Below are positions 62,330 through 64,000 of a stretch of DNA of 64,000 nt, in pieces. Position numbers and translations under genes: made by a program. The first letter of the stretch is position 1; every line of letters starts with the position of its first letter. The stretch lies in contig BDGG01000004.1 of assembly GCA_001949185.1 (NCBI GenBank), positions 3,505,777-3,569,776 of the forward strand, in the 5' to 3' direction. Source of the DNA: Ramazzottius varieornatus (lineage: Eukaryota; Animalia; Tardigrada). The notes under the pieces were generated by a model. That model was not told the origin of the DNA and did not search any database. It was given only the letters and a program-made list of their open reading frames with translations.

Positions 62330-63112
62330 TTACTGCAGTTTCATACGACCTCGTGGTTTCTCCAACTCGAACTCTATACTCTTTATCACAGCTTTGGTAT
62401 CTTCTTCGGCACTCTTTTCGGCTTCGACGTACATTACACCCTGGGATTTGCTTCCTTTTGCTTTCACCACGAGCTGCAAATTACATAACAAAATCTCTTT
62501 GTAAAAAATCTTCGCTCATTTCAGCAAGTTCTCTGCTTGGTTTATATTCCTACCCTGCAAAAGTCTTCGGAAGATACCATACTCTTATCCCCTGCAAGAG
62601 ACAAAGCAGACTTACAATTGTTAACCGGGCAAAGGCAAGAACTCCGCGCAACATAATAAGCAGCAACCCTGATTACCAATCTCATGCTTACCAATCTCAA
62701 CCCCGAAAACGCGCAGAGGTTCTCCTGCAACAGATAAAGGCCAGTTACTTTGAACAGCAACAGGTTATCCAGAGATCCCCGACGTACAGGTAGCGACCCA
62801 CTGGCCATCAAGAGGAACGGGTACGGGTATCTTGGACTACCTAAATAAGACTGTATGTGGGGATTCGCTAGCAGTATTTCCACGGATTCTTTGTAAATGG
62901 GCATATCCTCAAAGGTCTCTGCAATCAGAGGAACATCATCTCTGTGCCTCTGTGGTACCCCACAAGACGCATGACAGACAAGAGAAAGGTAGACCAATCC
63001 GTGGTGACTTACTTTTTACTTTGCGTCGCGTGATGGTTCCAAAACTCACTGTCACAATCGCTCCCATTCCCGCTAGCTGCATCAGCTTCCGAGTAAGAGG
63101 GTCAAATTTCAT
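62330..63112 (-). CDS. COA1: Cytochrome c oxidase assembly factor 1-like, multi-exon
   Basis: Spliced: MKFDPLTRKLMQLAGMGAIVTVSFGTITRRKVK|KTFEDMPIYKESVEILLANPHIQSYL|GEPLRVFGVEI|GDKSMVSSEDFCR|LVVKAKGSKSQGVMYVEA...EFELEK. One TM helix plus the Y..A...L........LGEP and GSK..G.LYV pattern of COA1. Confidence 0.75.
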
Positions 63113-63475
63113 TCCTGTGGATCGGTTCTCCCGTGTCGCGTTGAACAATGTCTCCAAATATCAATTTCATGCGGTTTGACGGGAAAACGGAAAACTGGAA
63201 AGCCAGAACAACTCGCAGGATGAGAATGTCCCATGTTCAGGCTTTACTGTACCTGACTACTGCACCGCGACGACGTCAGGAGTTACATCACGATCCTCAA
63301 CGGTATGAGTCGGTTGATTGACTTGGACGCAATGTTGATTGGCTCCAGTTTTTCTCCCAGCTGATCGAGGGAATTTTGTAATTTTTCTTTGAAGAAGTCA
63401 TATTTTGGAATTTACTCACCTCCTTCCTCCTCTCTTTAAATCGTCTACCGCAGAAAAGAGCTGACATCCGGTACA

Positions 63476-63824
63476 ATGCAAGGCTCACGCCTGTTTATGG
63501 GAGTGATAGGACGCTGTCGAGCAGGAGGGAAACGTCAGTTTTCCACATCGAAGAAGCGCCTGAGTGGGGATCACGACGATGGCGGAATTGTTGGAGGCGT
63601 AAGTACCTTGTGTCGTTCCCTAGGCTTCAGGTCATGGCTGTGTGATCCAGGACTTAAACCTGGCGTTGGGTTTTTTGCAGAACTTGCCTTTCGACATCCA
63701 CAATCGCTACAAGTTCACCCTACTGTTTACAGCCTTCTTCGGCAGTGGCTTTGGATTGCCCTTCTTGGTTGTTCGTCATCAGCTCCTCAAGAAATCGGTT
63801 GGAGCTGGCACTGCTGACCCCTAA
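63476..63824 (+). CDS. COX7C: Cytochrome c oxidase subunit 7C (2 exons, intron ~63599-63680)
   Basis: Presequence RQFSTS, then GG|NLPFDIHNRYKFTLLFTAFFGSGFGLPFLVVRHQLLKK. Confidence 0.95.
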
Positions 63825-64000
63825 ACTGGCTTGTGGTCGAATCTGTATACGCGTTAGCTCTTTGTCTTCGTTCTAACCCATGTTTTTTCGCGTGTTATTT
63901 GTAGAAAATGCTGTGTGTTTGGAAAGTGATGGATCTATACGTCATCACATGACGCTATAAGCTTATTAAATGGTAGCCGCCATCACGTGATCACGGGTTA

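Noticed and set aside
62299-62793. 164-aa plus-strand ORF
   Set aside because: Antisense to COA1-like exons.

Overview
Eukaryotic (animal) genomic DNA: gene-dense, with short GT-AG introns and three 50-N assembly gaps. The style fits a compact invertebrate genome such as a tardigrade, but this is inference only. About 19 intact genes were reconstructed by manual splicing: ADAR-like dsRBD protein (5' part only), atlastin, an intronless secreted LRR protein, a secreted Cu/Zn SOD, NOC3L, a ZNF541/TRERF1-like ELM2-SANT zinc-finger protein, TJAP1/BEGAIN-like, FAM177, MyoD/nautilus, a TAK1-like kinase, PFTAIRE CDK14, METTL16, SOSS-B, FAU, PNPT1, KLF1/2/4-like, a TRAIP-like RING E3, COA1 and COX7C. 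There is also an unprocessed, disabled partial duplicate of PRPF8. Many genes are arranged head-to-head. The most unusual features are (i) the catalytically intact secreted SOD carrying a long Gly/Met/Gln-rich disordered N-terminal arm, next to the orphan secreted LRR gene; (ii) a dispersed ~90-bp palindromic repeat family (6 copies, mostly intronic) plus several other MITE-like elements; (iii) a MULE-like element beside the PRPF8 pseudogene; and (iv) a COA1/COX7C bidirectional pair. Exon boundaries were read by eye, so coordinates may be off by a few bases.
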